Shown here: piece after piece, positions 10,518 to 20,594 of the stretch
Numbering within the stretch: position 1 is the stretch's first letter
How the letters are laid out: every line of letters starts with the position of its first letter
NCBI GenBank assembly: GCA_903921325.1
Contig: CAIXPL010000004.1
Location: 45,744 to 109,743 of the forward strand
Reading direction: 5' to 3'
Source: an uncultured Pseudomonadota bacterium
GTDB lineage: Bacteria; Pseudomonadota; Gammaproteobacteria; Burkholderiales; SG8-39
Length of the DNA stretch: 64,000 nt
Position numbers and translations under genes: made by a program
The notes under the pieces: generated by a model
The model's database searches: none
The model's input: the letters and a program-made list of their open reading frames with translations, nothing else
What the model was told of the DNA's origin: nothing

Positions 10518-10704
10518 GGATACCCATCCTCATACTTGATCGACACAAAGCTGCTCGATTCAGAAAGGTTTGATGCACAACTGCCCGAGTCAGCCTTACC
10601 TGAGCCGGGGTCGCTTGATTGCGAGCGCGCCAGACACAGCGCGCACAGTCTACGCCGCCGCCCCGCGCATGGGATAATGGTGGGCTACAGGGGAACCGGT
10701 TGCC

Positions 10705-11706
10705 ATGATGATTCCAAGCACGATGAACTACATCGACCACGGTGCGGGTGGTGAACCCTCTGTGATGGTGCTCACCCAGGGGCCTGTGCCGACCCCTGGC
10801 CCGGGTGACGTTCTGATCCGGGTGCGCCATGCCGGCGTCAATCGCCCCGACGTCCAGCAGCGAAAAGGGCTCTACCCGCCGCCGCCGGGTGCCTCTGCCG
10901 TGATCGGTTTGGAAGTGGCTGGCGAGATTGCTGCAATCGGTAGCGCAGTGACTGACTGGCAAGTGGGCGACGCCGTCTGCGCCCTCACCCCCGGTGGTGG
11001 CTATGCTGAATACTGTGTCGCCCCGGCGGGTAGTTGCCTGCCGATTCCGCACGGATTGTCGGCACGCGAAGCGGCGGCGCTTCCGGAAAACTATTTCACC
11101 GTCTGGACCAATGTATTTGATCGCGCGCATCTGACCGCCGGTGAACGGTTCCTGGTGCATGGCGGATCGGGCGGCATCGGCATCACCGCGATCCAGCTTG
11201 CCAAAGCCTTCGGTGCCCAGGTCTACACGACGGTGGGGTCCGATGAAAAGGCCGCTGCCTGCCGTGGATTAGGGGCCGATGGCGTTTTCAACTACCGCAC
11301 CCAGGACTGGGCGGCAGAGCTCTGGCGTGCGACCGACAAGAAAGGCGTCGATGTCATTCTGGACATGGTCGGCGGTGATTACACCAACAAGAACCTGCGC
11401 TCGCTCGCAGGCGACGGGCGACTGGTGCAGATCGCCTTTCTGCAAGGCTCCAAAGTCGAAGTCGACCTGATGCCGGTGCTCATCAAGCGCCTGATCATCA
11501 CCGGCTCCACGCTGCGTCCACGTACCAACACTGAAAAGGCGGCAATGGCAGCGGCGTTACGCGAAAAGGTCTGGCCGCTGATTGCGCGCGGCCTGGCACG
11601 TCCGGTCATCTACAAGACTTTTGCGCTCGCCGATGCCGCCGCCGCACACAGCCTGATGGAATCGAGCGCCCACATCGGCAAGATCATGCTCGATGTAGCG
11701 CCATAG
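10705..11706 (+). CDS. NAD(P)H-quinone oxidoreductase (PIG3/zeta-crystallin type)
   Basis: GVNRPD, GLEVAG, VHGGSGGIG, GSTLRPR, HIGKI. Confidence 0.94.
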   Translation: MMIPSTMNYIDHGAGGEPSVMVLTQGPVPTPGPGDVLIRVRHAGVNRPDVQQRKGLYPPPPGASAVIGLEVAGEIAAIGSAVTDWQVGDAVCALTPGGGYAEYCVAPAGSCLPIPHGLSAREAAALPENYFTVWTNVFDRAHLTAGERFLVHGGSGGIGITAIQLAKAFGAQVYTTVGSDEKAAACRGLGADGVFNYRTQDWAAELWRATDKKGVDVILDMVGGDYTNKNLRSLAGDGRLVQIAFLQGSKVEVDLMPVLIKRLIITGSTLRPRTNTEKAAMAAALREKVWPLIARGLARPVIYKTFALADAAAAHSLMESSAHIGKIMLDVAP

Positions 11707-11730
11707 CCAAGAACGCACTCTGAAGGAGAC

Positions 11731-13227
11731 ATGCCGATGAACGCACCCGCCAGCCTGAGCGTTGCACTGCCGCCGCTCAAAGACGCCCGCCTGTTTCGCC
11801 AGCAGTGCTATAGCGACGGCCAGTGGGTCGATGCCGACTCCGGAAAAACCATTGCGGTGACCAATCCGGCCAACGGTGCCACGTTGGGTAGCGTGCCGGG
11901 CATGGGCAGCGCCGAGACTCGACGTGCGATCGAAGCCGCCAACGCGGCCCTGCCAGCCTGGCGCGCCAAAACCGCCAAGGAGCGCTCGGCCATTTTGCGC
12001 CGCTGGTTTGATTTGATGCTTGCCAACCAGGAAGACCTGGCGGTTTTGATGACCGCGGAGCAGGGCAAGCCCCTGGCTGAATCCCGCGGTGAGATTGCCT
12101 ATGCGGCCTCGTTCATTGAATGGTTTGCCGAAGAGGGCAAGCGGGTCTATGGCGATGTGATTCCGAGCTATGCGCCGGACAAGCGCATTGTGGTGATCAA
12201 GGAGCCGATCGGAGTTTGTGTCGCGATCACCCCGTGGAATTTCCCGGCAGCAATGATCACGCGCAAATGCGGCCCGGCACTGGCCGCGGGTTGCACCATG
12301 GTGGTGAAACCGGCAACCGCCACCCCCTACTCGGCGCTGGCGCTGGCCGAACTTGCCGAGCGTGCCGGCGTGCCCAAGGGGGTGTTCAGTGTGCTCACCG
12401 GTGCGGCCTCTGCCGTCGGTGGCGAAATGACCACCAATCCGCTGGTGCGCAAGCTGAGCTTCACCGGCTCTACCGAAATTGGCCGGGTGCTGATGGAACA
12501 ATGTGCCCGAACAATCAAGAAGACTTCGATGGAGTTGGGCGGCAACGCACAATTCATCGTGTTTGAAGATGCCGACCTGGATGCCGCTGCCGAAGGCGCC
12601 ATCGCATCAAAGTACCGCAATGCCGGCCAGACCTGTGTGTGCGCCAACCGCCTGCTGGTGCAGGATTCGGTTTATGACGCTTTCGCCGCCAGACTCGCCG
12701 AAAAAGTGGCGCAGCTGAAAGTGGGTAACGGTATGGAGGCCGGCGTCACGATAGGCCCGTTGATTGACCAGGCGGCAGTGGCCAAGGTGCGCGAGCATAT
12801 CGATGATGCCGTTGCCAAGGGTGCTCGGGTGGTGACTGGCGGTGCCAGCCATGCACTCGGTGGCCTGTTCTTTCAGCCCACCATACTGGCCGATGTCACC
12901 CCAGCGATGAAAGTGGCACGCGAAGAAACCTTCGGACCGCTCGCGCCACTGTTTCGCTTCAAAGACGAACGCGAAGCCATCGCAATGTCGAACGACACCG
13001 AGTTTGGTCTTGCGGCGTACTTCTACGGCCGCGACATCGGGCGCATCTGGCGAGTCGCCGAGGCATTGGAATACGGCATCGTCGGTGTCAACACCGGCTT
13101 GATCTCAACCGAAGTGGCGCCCTTTGGCGGCATGAAGCAGTCCGGTCTGGGCCGTGAAGGTTCGAAATACGGCATTGAAGATTATCTGCAAATCAAATAT
13201 CTGTGTCTCGGGGGAGTCGATCGCTGA
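11731..13227 (+). CDS. gabD: NAD(P)-dependent succinate-semialdehyde dehydrogenase
   Basis: ITPWNFP, FTGSTEIG, MELGGNA, NAGQTCVC, EETFGP, GREGSKYG. Confidence 0.93.
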   Translation: MPMNAPASLSVALPPLKDARLFRQQCYSDGQWVDADSGKTIAVTNPANGATLGSVPGMGSAETRRAIEAANAALPAWRAKTAKERSAILRRWFDLMLANQEDLAVLMTAEQGKPLAESRGEIAYAASFIEWFAEEGKRVYGDVIPSYAPDKRIVVIKEPIGVCVAITPWNFPAAMITRKCGPALAAGCTMVVKPATATPYSALALAELAERAGVPKGVFSVLTGAASAVGGEMTTNPLVRKLSFTGSTEIGRVLMEQCARTIKKTSMELGGNAQFIVFEDADLDAAAEGAIASKYRNAGQTCVCANRLLVQDSVYDAFAARLAEKVAQLKVGNGMEAGVTIGPLIDQAAVAKVREHIDDAVAKGARVVTGGASHALGGLFFQPTILADVTPAMKVAREETFGPLAPLFRFKDEREAIAMSNDTEFGLAAYFYGRDIGRIWRVAEALEYGIVGVNTGLISTEVAPFGGMKQSGLGREGSKYGIEDYLQIKYLCLGGVDR

Positions 13228-14951
13228 TGGCAACAAAGCGCAGCACCAAAGCCAGCCCACCCACGCGCGGTTATCCCGACCTGCATGAGCATCTGGCCAA
13301 GCTGGAGGCTGCCGGGCTGCTCGTCCGTGTTGACCGTCCGATCAACAAGGACACCGAGATGCACCCGCTGGTGCGCTGGCAGTTTCGCGGCGGGATCGCC
13401 GAGCGCGACCGCAAGGCATTTTTGTTCACCAACGTCACCGACAGCAAGGGACGCAAGTACGACATTCCGGTCGTCGTCGGTGCCGTGGCGGCCAATCGCG
13501 AGATCTATCGCATGGGCATGGGCTGCGAGCTGGACAAGATCGATGCGGTGTGGAATCACGCCGCCACCCACCCGATCAAGCCGCGGATTGTCACCGAGGC
13601 TCCGTGCCAGGAAATCGTCATCATGGGCGATGAGCTCAATGAACCCGGCAAAGGTCTTGATGGCATTCCGGTACCGATATCAACCCCGGGCTGGGACAAC
13701 GCGCCCTACACCACCTTGTCGCAGTACATCACCCGCGATCCGGAAACCGGTGTGCAGAACATGGGTAATTACCGGGGGCAGGTGAAGGGGCAACGGCGCC
13801 TGGGGATGAACCCCTCGCTTGAATTGCGTCCGGGCATTTATGTCCACTGGGAGAAGGCGCGTGCCCGTGGCGAGAAGCTGCCGGCAGCCGTAGTGCTGGG
13901 TGCGCCACCGTGCATCAGCTTTACCTCGGCACAAAAACTCCCCGAAGATGTCGATGAATTCGAAGTCGCTGGTGGACTGGTCGGTGCGCCCATCAATCTG
14001 GTGCGCGCCAAGACCGTCGATCTGCTGGTGCCCGCCGAGGCCGAGATTGTGATTGAGGGCTATATCGACACCGAGTTTCTCGAACCCGAGGCGCCGTTTG
14101 GTGAATCGCACGGCCATGTGAATTTGCAGGAATACAACGCGTTCATGGATATCACCTGCATCACGCGCCGGCGCGATGCGGTGCTCACCTCGATCATCTC
14201 GCAGGTCACCCCGAGTGAATCGAGCGTGATGAAGCGCGTATCCATGGAGCCCTTGTTTCTCACTCACCTGCGACGCACCCTGGGCATCCAGGGTGTAAAG
14301 CGCGTGGTGATGCACGAGCCGCTCACCAATCTGCGCAAAGTGATTGCGCTGATCATGGATCGCAAGACACCCACCACCGAAATCTGGCGCGCATTGTATG
14401 GCGCGGCGGCGCTGCATCGCGCAGCCGGCAAGTATGTGATCGCGGTGAACGAGGACATTGACCCGGACAATGCCGATGCGCTGCTATGGGCAATGTCCTA
14501 TCGTGCCAACGCGGCGATCGACATTGAGATTCTCAAACATCGTGACCAGGGGCATGGCCCGCGCAGCAAACGCAATGGCGGCCAGGACGCATCGGTGTTG
14601 ATCGATGCCACGCTCAAGGAAGACTTTCCGCCCATCTCGCTACCGAAGCGCGAGTACATGGAAAAGGCCAAGCTCATCTGGGAGGAACTCGGCCTGCCTC
14701 CGCTCAGGCCTGAATCACCCTGGTATGGCTATTCATTGGGCGAATGGCCGGCCGAGCTGGATGTGACTGCCGAGCGTGCCGTGGCAGGGGACTATTTCAT
14801 CACCGGTGATGAAATTGCACTGCGCCGGCGCAGCGATGTGGGCATGAACACCGAAGTGCGCGATGTCGTGGACAAGGTAAGCCGCAAGAAGAGCGCAAAG
14901 AAAAAGAACAAAAGCAAGAAGAAAAAAGCGGCCAAATCGGAGAGCGCATGA
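13227..14951 (+). CDS. UbiD-family (prFMN-dependent) decarboxylase with Lys-rich C-terminal tail
   Basis: NMGNYR, VPAEAEIVIEG, EAPFGESHG, VNEDID, LIDAT; TGATG coupling to gabD. Confidence 0.9.
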   Translation: MATKRSTKASPPTRGYPDLHEHLAKLEAAGLLVRVDRPINKDTEMHPLVRWQFRGGIAERDRKAFLFTNVTDSKGRKYDIPVVVGAVAANREIYRMGMGCELDKIDAVWNHAATHPIKPRIVTEAPCQEIVIMGDELNEPGKGLDGIPVPISTPGWDNAPYTTLSQYITRDPETGVQNMGNYRGQVKGQRRLGMNPSLELRPGIYVHWEKARARGEKLPAAVVLGAPPCISFTSAQKLPEDVDEFEVAGGLVGAPINLVRAKTVDLLVPAEAEIVIEGYIDTEFLEPEAPFGESHGHVNLQEYNAFMDITCITRRRDAVLTSIISQVTPSESSVMKRVSMEPLFLTHLRRTLGIQGVKRVVMHEPLTNLRKVIALIMDRKTPTTEIWRALYGAAALHRAAGKYVIAVNEDIDPDNADALLWAMSYRANAAIDIEILKHRDQGHGPRSKRNGGQDASVLIDATLKEDFPPISLPKREYMEKAKLIWEELGLPPLRPESPWYGYSLGEWPAELDVTAERAVAGDYFITGDEIALRRRSDVGMNTEVRDVVDKVSRKKSAKKKNKSKKKKAAKSESA

Positions 14952-15826
14952 AACAACGCAAAACCTTTCGTGACCTGCTCGCCATCGACGGACCCTTGAT
15001 CCTGCCCGGCGCACACGACGGTCTGAGCGCCCGGTTGATCGAGCAGGCCGGATTCAACGGCTATTTCATTGGCGGCTTTCCGGTGGTCGGTGCGCGCTAC
15101 GGTGTGCCTGACATTGGCTTGAAAGGCCTGGGTGAAATCGCGGCGGGCGTACGCGACATTGTGGCGGCGAGTTCGCTGCCGGTACTGGTCGATGGTGACG
15201 ACGGCTATGGCGATGTGAAGAACGTCGTACACACGGTGCACACCTATGAGCGCCTGGGTGTGGCGGCGATCATGCTCGAGGACCAGCGCTGGCCCAAGCG
15301 CTGCGGTCATATGGCTGGCAAGGCGGTGGTTGCGCCTGAGCTGATGGAGGCCAAGATTCGCGCGGCCACCCAGGAGAAAATGAACGCTGACACGTTCATC
15401 ATTGCGCGCACTGATGCGCGGGCGGTCAATGGTCTGGATGACGCCATGCAACGGGCCGAGCGCTATGTGCGTGCAGGCGCAGACGGGATTTTCATTGAAG
15501 CACCGCGTGATGTCGCCGAACTGACCCGGATCGGTCGTGCATTCGACATTCCGCAAGCCTGCAATCCATTGCTGGGTGGACTCACGCCGATCCTCACCCC
15601 GGCGGAATATCTTGAACTGGGTTTCAAGATCATTCCCTATGGCATCAACCTCCTGATGCATGTCACCTTCGCGATGCAGCAGGCACTGCTTGATATGAAA
15701 GCAGGCCGAGTCAGCGGCGTGGGGTCGGTGAGCTTCAAGGACTATGTCGAATCGGTCGGCTTCGATGACTGGGTGGGCGTTGAACAGCGTCACGGCCAGC
15801 CCGCAGGCGGCTCAGGCGGCCACTGA
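14948..15826 (+). CDS. Isocitrate lyase/PEP mutase family C-C lyase
   Basis: VDGDDGYG, EDQRWPKRCGH, IARTDA, GADGIF; ATGA overlap. Confidence 0.93.
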   Translation: MKQRKTFRDLLAIDGPLILPGAHDGLSARLIEQAGFNGYFIGGFPVVGARYGVPDIGLKGLGEIAAGVRDIVAASSLPVLVDGDDGYGDVKNVVHTVHTYERLGVAAIMLEDQRWPKRCGHMAGKAVVAPELMEAKIRAATQEKMNADTFIIARTDARAVNGLDDAMQRAERYVRAGADGIFIEAPRDVAELTRIGRAFDIPQACNPLLGGLTPILTPAEYLELGFKIIPYGINLLMHVTFAMQQALLDMKAGRVSGVGSVSFKDYVESVGFDDWVGVEQRHGQPAGGSGGH

Positions 15827-16981
15827 ACTGACCAGGCTCTGCATCAGTCGATCGACACGGTCGGCAAAGGCGTCAACGCCAAAGCGCACCAAATGATCAG
15901 TGTCCAGAAGTGGGGCGGGCGGCTGAAACCCTGGCGTCGCAAGTCGCTCAAGCAGGCGAGCGAAGTCGGCACCGCCGTCCTCCCGCGGATCGGTATAGAA
16001 AAAGCCGCCGCTGCCCTCCACGATCGTCTCGGTGAAGGGCGCCGCGCGCGGCGCGATCACGGCGGTGCCGCAGCGCTGCGCTTCGAGCACATTGAGCCCA
16101 AGGGCTTCGCGCTCAGGCAGGCCGGTCATCAGGAAATCCATGCAGGGATAGACCCGCGCCACGTCACTCTGGTGGCCCCACAGGCGCACACGCCGACCCA
16201 GCGGGCGCACCGCCTCGCGAAATTCCCGCAACGATCGATAATCGACCGCACTGCCAAACACTTCGATGTTGACGTGCGGCGCGGCACGCAGCGCGGCACT
16301 CAACCGGTTAAATAGCAACGGAAATTGTTTGAGTGGTGCCAGGCGCGAGACGATGCCCAGAGTGAGGCCCGAGCGCCGTTCAAACCGCCGTTCAAAGCGG
16401 TTCCGGCCCTGCACCGCGCGCAGCAATCGGGTGCCTAACGGGGCAAACCGGCGCATCACTCGATCGCGGGGTTTGTGGCTGTCCCAGTCGCACAAGGGCC
16501 CCCGGACCACCTGCCCCGCCCCCTCTGAGTGTCGCGCGAGATCGATCGCGGCATACAAGGGTTCGGGCCAGATGGCCTTGAAGCCATGCCGGGTGAGTGT
16601 ATCGATCACATGCCGCGAGACCGGCACAACCTGATGAGCCAGTTCGTAGTACGCGGGCCAGCGCGCTTCATAGAGGGCCTGATGTGCAAGCGCGATCAGC
16701 GTGGTGCGGCCCTGTAGTGCTGCGAGCACAGCGCGTGGCAGGGGCGCGTGGATCACCAGGATTGCGCCCTGCGGAACCACCTGTAGTGCGTGCTCGGCAC
16801 GCTCGATCGGCACCTGAACCGATTCGGGCAAGGCGAGTCGGTTCCAGAAGCTCGCGCTACGCAAGGTGATCAGGTGGGTCGCCCAACCGCGCGCCAGCAG
16901 CGCCCGCGTGAACGTCCCGCTATAGACTTCTGCGCCGCCCAGTGCACTGGACAGATTGATCTGATAAATGACTCGCGACAA
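15812..16981 (-). CDS. GT-B (family 4-like) glycosyltransferase
   Basis: LGGAE, VSRLAPLK, EALGLNVLEA. Confidence 0.82.
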   Translation of the reverse strand: MSRVIYQINLSSALGGAEVYSGTFTRALLARGWATHLITLRSASFWNRLALPESVQVPIERAEHALQVVPQGAILVIHAPLPRAVLAALQGRTTLIALAHQALYEARWPAYYELAHQVVPVSRHVIDTLTRHGFKAIWPEPLYAAIDLARHSEGAGQVVRGPLCDWDSHKPRDRVMRRFAPLGTRLLRAVQGRNRFERRFERRSGLTLGIVSRLAPLKQFPLLFNRLSAALRAAPHVNIEVFGSAVDYRSLREFREAVRPLGRRVRLWGHQSDVARVYPCMDFLMTGLPEREALGLNVLEAQRCGTAVIAPRAAPFTETIVEGSGGFFYTDPREDGGADFARLLERLATPGFQPPAPLLDTDHLVRFGVDAFADRVDRLMQSLVSSVAA

Positions 16982-16984
16982 TGC

Positions 16985-18076
16985 CTATTCCGCCTTGATG
17001 CCGGCTGTATCGAGCACCCGCTTCCAGCGTAGCGCCTCCTCGCGCATCTGGGCGCTGAACTCAGCCGGACTTTGGCCGCCGACATTCATGCCCAGTGCGG
17101 CGTAGCGCTTTTGCACCGGCGGTTCGGCCATCACCGCGTGCACCTCTGCGGCCAGGCGTTCGACGATACGCGGGTCGATGCCGCGGGGGGCTGCCAATCC
17201 CCACCAGTTGCCGGTCAGCAGACCCGGGAAGCCCGCCTCGGCCGCATCGGGCCGGTCTGGCAGCGCGGCCAGTCGCGTCCTTGATGCCACCGCCAGTGCG
17301 CGCAGCTTGCCCGAGTGCAGGTTGCCTTCGACCGAACTGAGGGTGGTGAAGTACAACTGCACCTCGTCTGAGAGCAAGGCGAGCACCGCGGCCGGTGACC
17401 CCTTGAACGGAACATGCACCAGTTGCACCCCGGCCAGCTGGGCAAACAACTCGGCCGCCAGGTGCGGCGGCGTTCCGGCGCCTGGGCTGCCGAAATTGAA
17501 TTTGCCAGGGTGTGACCGGGCATCGGCTTGCAGCTGGGCCAGGGTGTCCCAGGGTGCGCGCGCATTCACGATAACCAGCGAAGGTGCATCGGATATCAGA
17601 GTGATGGGGACCAAGGCCGTCAATGGATCAAAATCCATGGCCTTGTAGACAAACTGATTGACCACGAAGTTGTTGGTCGCACCCAGCAGCAAGGTATAGC
17701 CATCAGGCGCTGCGCGCACGACCTCCTGAGCGCCGATGTTGCCACTGGCCCCCGCCTTGTTATCGATCACGAAACGCTGGCCGAGGCGCTGCTCCAGGGC
17801 GGGCGCAATCGCCCGAAAGGAAATATCCCCGGTATTGCCGGCGCTATAGGGGATCACCAGCCGGATCGGTTTGGCCGGCCACTCCTGCGCGAGCGCCGAT
17901 AGGGTGGCAAGCAGTCCGGCAAGCAGCGCGCACGCCCTGAGGCTTGCATTGCGCGTGACGCCCGCATCGTTCCTGATGCGGGCCATGCCCGTGAAGCGCC
18001 TGCCGCTTCTGATGCTCATGGTGCTCTTGTCATTCGCAACCCTCGTACTGCTGCTCCAGTCGGTCATGCTGGTCAT
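16985..18076 (-). CDS. Bug/TctC tripartite tricarboxylate transporter substrate-binding protein (start may be 17986)
   Basis: WPAKPIRLVIPY, DNKAGASGNIG, PDGYTLL, HVPFKG. Confidence 0.93.
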   Translation of the reverse strand: MTSMTDWSSSTRVANDKSTMSIRSGRRFTGMARIRNDAGVTRNASLRACALLAGLLATLSALAQEWPAKPIRLVIPYSAGNTGDISFRAIAPALEQRLGQRFVIDNKAGASGNIGAQEVVRAAPDGYTLLLGATNNFVVNQFVYKAMDFDPLTALVPITLISDAPSLVIVNARAPWDTLAQLQADARSHPGKFNFGSPGAGTPPHLAAELFAQLAGVQLVHVPFKGSPAAVLALLSDEVQLYFTTLSSVEGNLHSGKLRALAVASRTRLAALPDRPDAAEAGFPGLLTGNWWGLAAPRGIDPRIVERLAAEVHAVMAEPPVQKRYAALGMNVGGQSPAEFSAQMREEALRWKRVLDTAGIKAE

Positions 18077-18939
18077 GCCGCGCGGAACAGCATGGCGACA
18101 CCGCAGGCTGCCTGATTGGGCACCAGCAATTGGTCATCGACCCGCACATGCTCGATCTGCCCGGCGCGCAGACGGATTGCCATCGCCGGCAGGTCTTCGC
18201 TGGCGAAGACCACGGCGGCGATGAGGGGCGGCGCCGAGGGCAAGGTGCCCAGGGACCGTGCGACCGCGCCGCCCGCATCCAATACGCGCAGGGCGCTGTT
18301 GCGCTCGAAGTCCAGGCGATAACCTTCACGCGCCGGTTGCGCAATGCGCCCGGTGCCGCGGGCATAGCGCGTGACCACTGCCAGTGGGTCTTCGGCAACG
18401 ATCCAGGTTTCGACCAATCCAGTGACCCGGTTGGGGTGACCCATGTAGCGAGTCTGATGAATGTACTGAGGGGTCAGATGACGGGCCACCTGAATGAGAC
18501 CTTCGGGCGTAGCGGCACCGTCAAATTGCACACGCTCAAAACGTGCCGTTCGCAACCCGTCGGCCGTGTCGACATCGCGTTCCAGTGCGATCACCCCCGA
18601 GCTGCGAATGTCGTTCGCAGTGAATTCGGCATAGGCCGCTTGCGTATCCTCAGTCCCGAAGCAGATGATATGGGCGCCTTCATGGCGACCGAGGAACCGC
18701 GCCTGGCGCGGATCGGGACGAGCCGGATCGGCGTGCGTGAGGACTTCGAGGTAGTTGGTCGCAAAGATTGCGCAGCGATTTGCCGACCCGAGGGCAACGA
18801 CCGGATCGCCCGGTTTGACCGCCCCCCGCTGCGCCGACAACGGCGTGAGCAAAAACCCGAGAGTCTCCAGCACGCGCACGGCGTTCGCCATGTCGTGCAC
18901 TGCCATGCCAACATGGTTGATATCTTGAATCGCGTTCAT
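18073..18939 (-). CDS. VOC/glyoxalase-like protein (two-domain)
   Basis: INHVGMAVHD, LGF, NYLE, HPN. Confidence 0.82.
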   Translation of the reverse strand: MNAIQDINHVGMAVHDMANAVRVLETLGFLLTPLSAQRGAVKPGDPVVALGSANRCAIFATNYLEVLTHADPARPDPRQARFLGRHEGAHIICFGTEDTQAAYAEFTANDIRSSGVIALERDVDTADGLRTARFERVQFDGAATPEGLIQVARHLTPQYIHQTRYMGHPNRVTGLVETWIVAEDPLAVVTRYARGTGRIAQPAREGYRLDFERNSALRVLDAGGAVARSLGTLPSAPPLIAAVVFASEDLPAMAIRLRAGQIEHVRVDDQLLVPNQAACGVAMLFRAA

Positions 18940-19046
18940 GAGCGGGTCGGGCGCCGATTGAAGAACACTGGATCAGGAAATTCCTGCCGGCAATCATAGT
19001 CCAAGGATGCAACCGGATGTCATGATGCCAATCCCAGTGCTCGCGA

Positions 19047-19076
19047 TTGTCCTCGGCATTCTGCGCGTGCTAATGT
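19047..19076 (+). promoter_or_regulatory. Putative sigma70 promoter TTGTCC-18-TAATGT with TGn extension
   Basis: -10 box ends 7 nt before the ATG at 19084; no SD, so the mRNA may be leaderless. Confidence 0.5.
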
Positions 19077-19083
19077 TGTCCGC

Positions 19084-19509
19084 ATGACACTCGAACCGAT
19101 CGCCCTTGATCACCTCGTCCTGCGGGTCCATGACCTGAAGGCGATGGCCGCGTTTTACTGCGACGTGCTGGGCTGCAGCGTGGATCGCTGGCGCGAGGAA
19201 TTGGGCCTGGTGCATCTGCGCGTAGGGCGCGATTCAATGATCGACCTGGCCGATGCCGAGATCCTCAAGAAGCGCCGTGGAGCCGAAGGTCCGGCGATCG
19301 AGGGCACGCAGCGGTTCTATCCCAATGTGGAGCACTTTGCGCTCACCCTCGCCCACTTCGATGCCGATGCCATTCGAGCTCATTTGCTCGCCCATGGCAT
19401 CACCGCTGCGCCGACCCTCAAGCGCTATGGCGCACTGGGTGATCGGGTCAGCATGTATTTCACCGACCCGGAAGGCAATATGGTGGAATTGCGTGCCGCC
19501 CAGCCGTGA
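19084..19509 (+). CDS. VOC/glyoxalase family protein
   Basis: LDHLVLRV, FYCDVLG, HFA, YFTDPEGNMVEL. Confidence 0.92.
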   Translation: MTLEPIALDHLVLRVHDLKAMAAFYCDVLGCSVDRWREELGLVHLRVGRDSMIDLADAEILKKRRGAEGPAIEGTQRFYPNVEHFALTLAHFDADAIRAHLLAHGITAAPTLKRYGALGDRVSMYFTDPEGNMVELRAAQP

Positions 19510-19661
19510 CGCCTGGTCCCCGTTTTGCTTGTTGATCAAGGGCCAATGGCGCACGCCAGTTGCCTGGCGTGAGGCGCGTCTGGTTCGCAGCAATTGTTGG
19601 TTGATTTCCACCTGTTCCTGATGATCCGTTCCCCACTGTCTACAACTGCAAAGGGCTCACC

Positions 19662-20588
19662 ATGACCACCCGTCGCCAGATGCTCTCTGCCAGCCTCGCT
19701 GCTGGTGCCGCACTCGCCCTGCCCGCTCGGTTTGCCCGTGCGGCAAGCAAGATTCAGATCGGCTCCGTGCTTGCGGGAACAACCATCGCCGCCGAGTTGA
19801 TGCCCAAATATCTCAAAGAGGCAGGCATTGACGCCGAGGTGCTTAGTTTCCCCAACATCACCCAGCGCATGCAGGCACTGGCCTCAGGCGATGTGCAGAT
19901 CGGCTATGGCAGCGTCAATGGCGCTATCTTGCTTGCCAGTCGAGGCCTTAAATTGAGCATCCTTGCCAACGCCTGCGAAGGGGGTGGTCTGATGGTGGGC
20001 AAGCCTGAAATCAAAGGCCTGCCCGATCTGAAAGGACGCAAGGTCGCGGTGCAGCCGGGCAGTCTCACGCAGGCCGCCCTTCAGTGGAAACTAAAGAGCC
20101 TGGGGCTCACTGACGCGGTCGAATTGCTGTTCCTCGACGTGAACAATATGCCGGTGGCGTTACAGAAGGGACAGGTCGACGCGATCCTGCCTTTTGAACC
20201 GTATGCCACCCTGGCCCGGATGAACGGCTTTGGTCACGACATCTGGTATCCCTACGACACCCCGATGGGACGCACCAATGTCGTATTCGTGGCCTCAAGC
20301 GATTTTGTTGCGCGCGAGCCGGCACTGGCGCGCGAGGTCGTGCGTGCTCATGTGCGCGCCACCCAGGAACTGCAGAAGGACAATAGCGCTGCGGTCGATG
20401 CCATCGTGAAATCGCTCAATCTGCCGCGCGAGGTCGCCATCGAATCGCTCAAAAACACCTTCTTCGTTCCCGACACGACCGAGAAGTTCGAGAAAAGCAT
20501 CATCGCGGTCGGACAGACCATGCTCGAGACCGGCATGGTCACGCGCCTGCCCGACTGGTCCACCTTCATCGACCGACGCTTCGTCTAG
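19662..20588 (+). CDS. ABC substrate-binding protein, nitrate/sulfonate/taurine type, Tat signal
   Basis: MTTRRQML Tat motif, DLKGRKVA, GQVDA, EPY. Confidence 0.9.
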   Translation: MTTRRQMLSASLAAGAALALPARFARAASKIQIGSVLAGTTIAAELMPKYLKEAGIDAEVLSFPNITQRMQALASGDVQIGYGSVNGAILLASRGLKLSILANACEGGGLMVGKPEIKGLPDLKGRKVAVQPGSLTQAALQWKLKSLGLTDAVELLFLDVNNMPVALQKGQVDAILPFEPYATLARMNGFGHDIWYPYDTPMGRTNVVFVASSDFVAREPALAREVVRAHVRATQELQKDNSAAVDAIVKSLNLPREVAIESLKNTFFVPDTTEKFEKSIIAVGQTMLETGMVTRLPDWSTFIDRRFV

Positions 20589-20594
20589 GCACCG

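Noticed and set aside
10536-10630. Weak 15-bp periodicity between the DapA-like and quinone oxidoreductase genes
   Set aside because: Too degenerate to define a unit by eye
19546-19563. TGGCGC...TTGC as a sigma54 promoter for the ABC operon
   Set aside because: GG-to-GC spacing is 12 nt rather than the required 10
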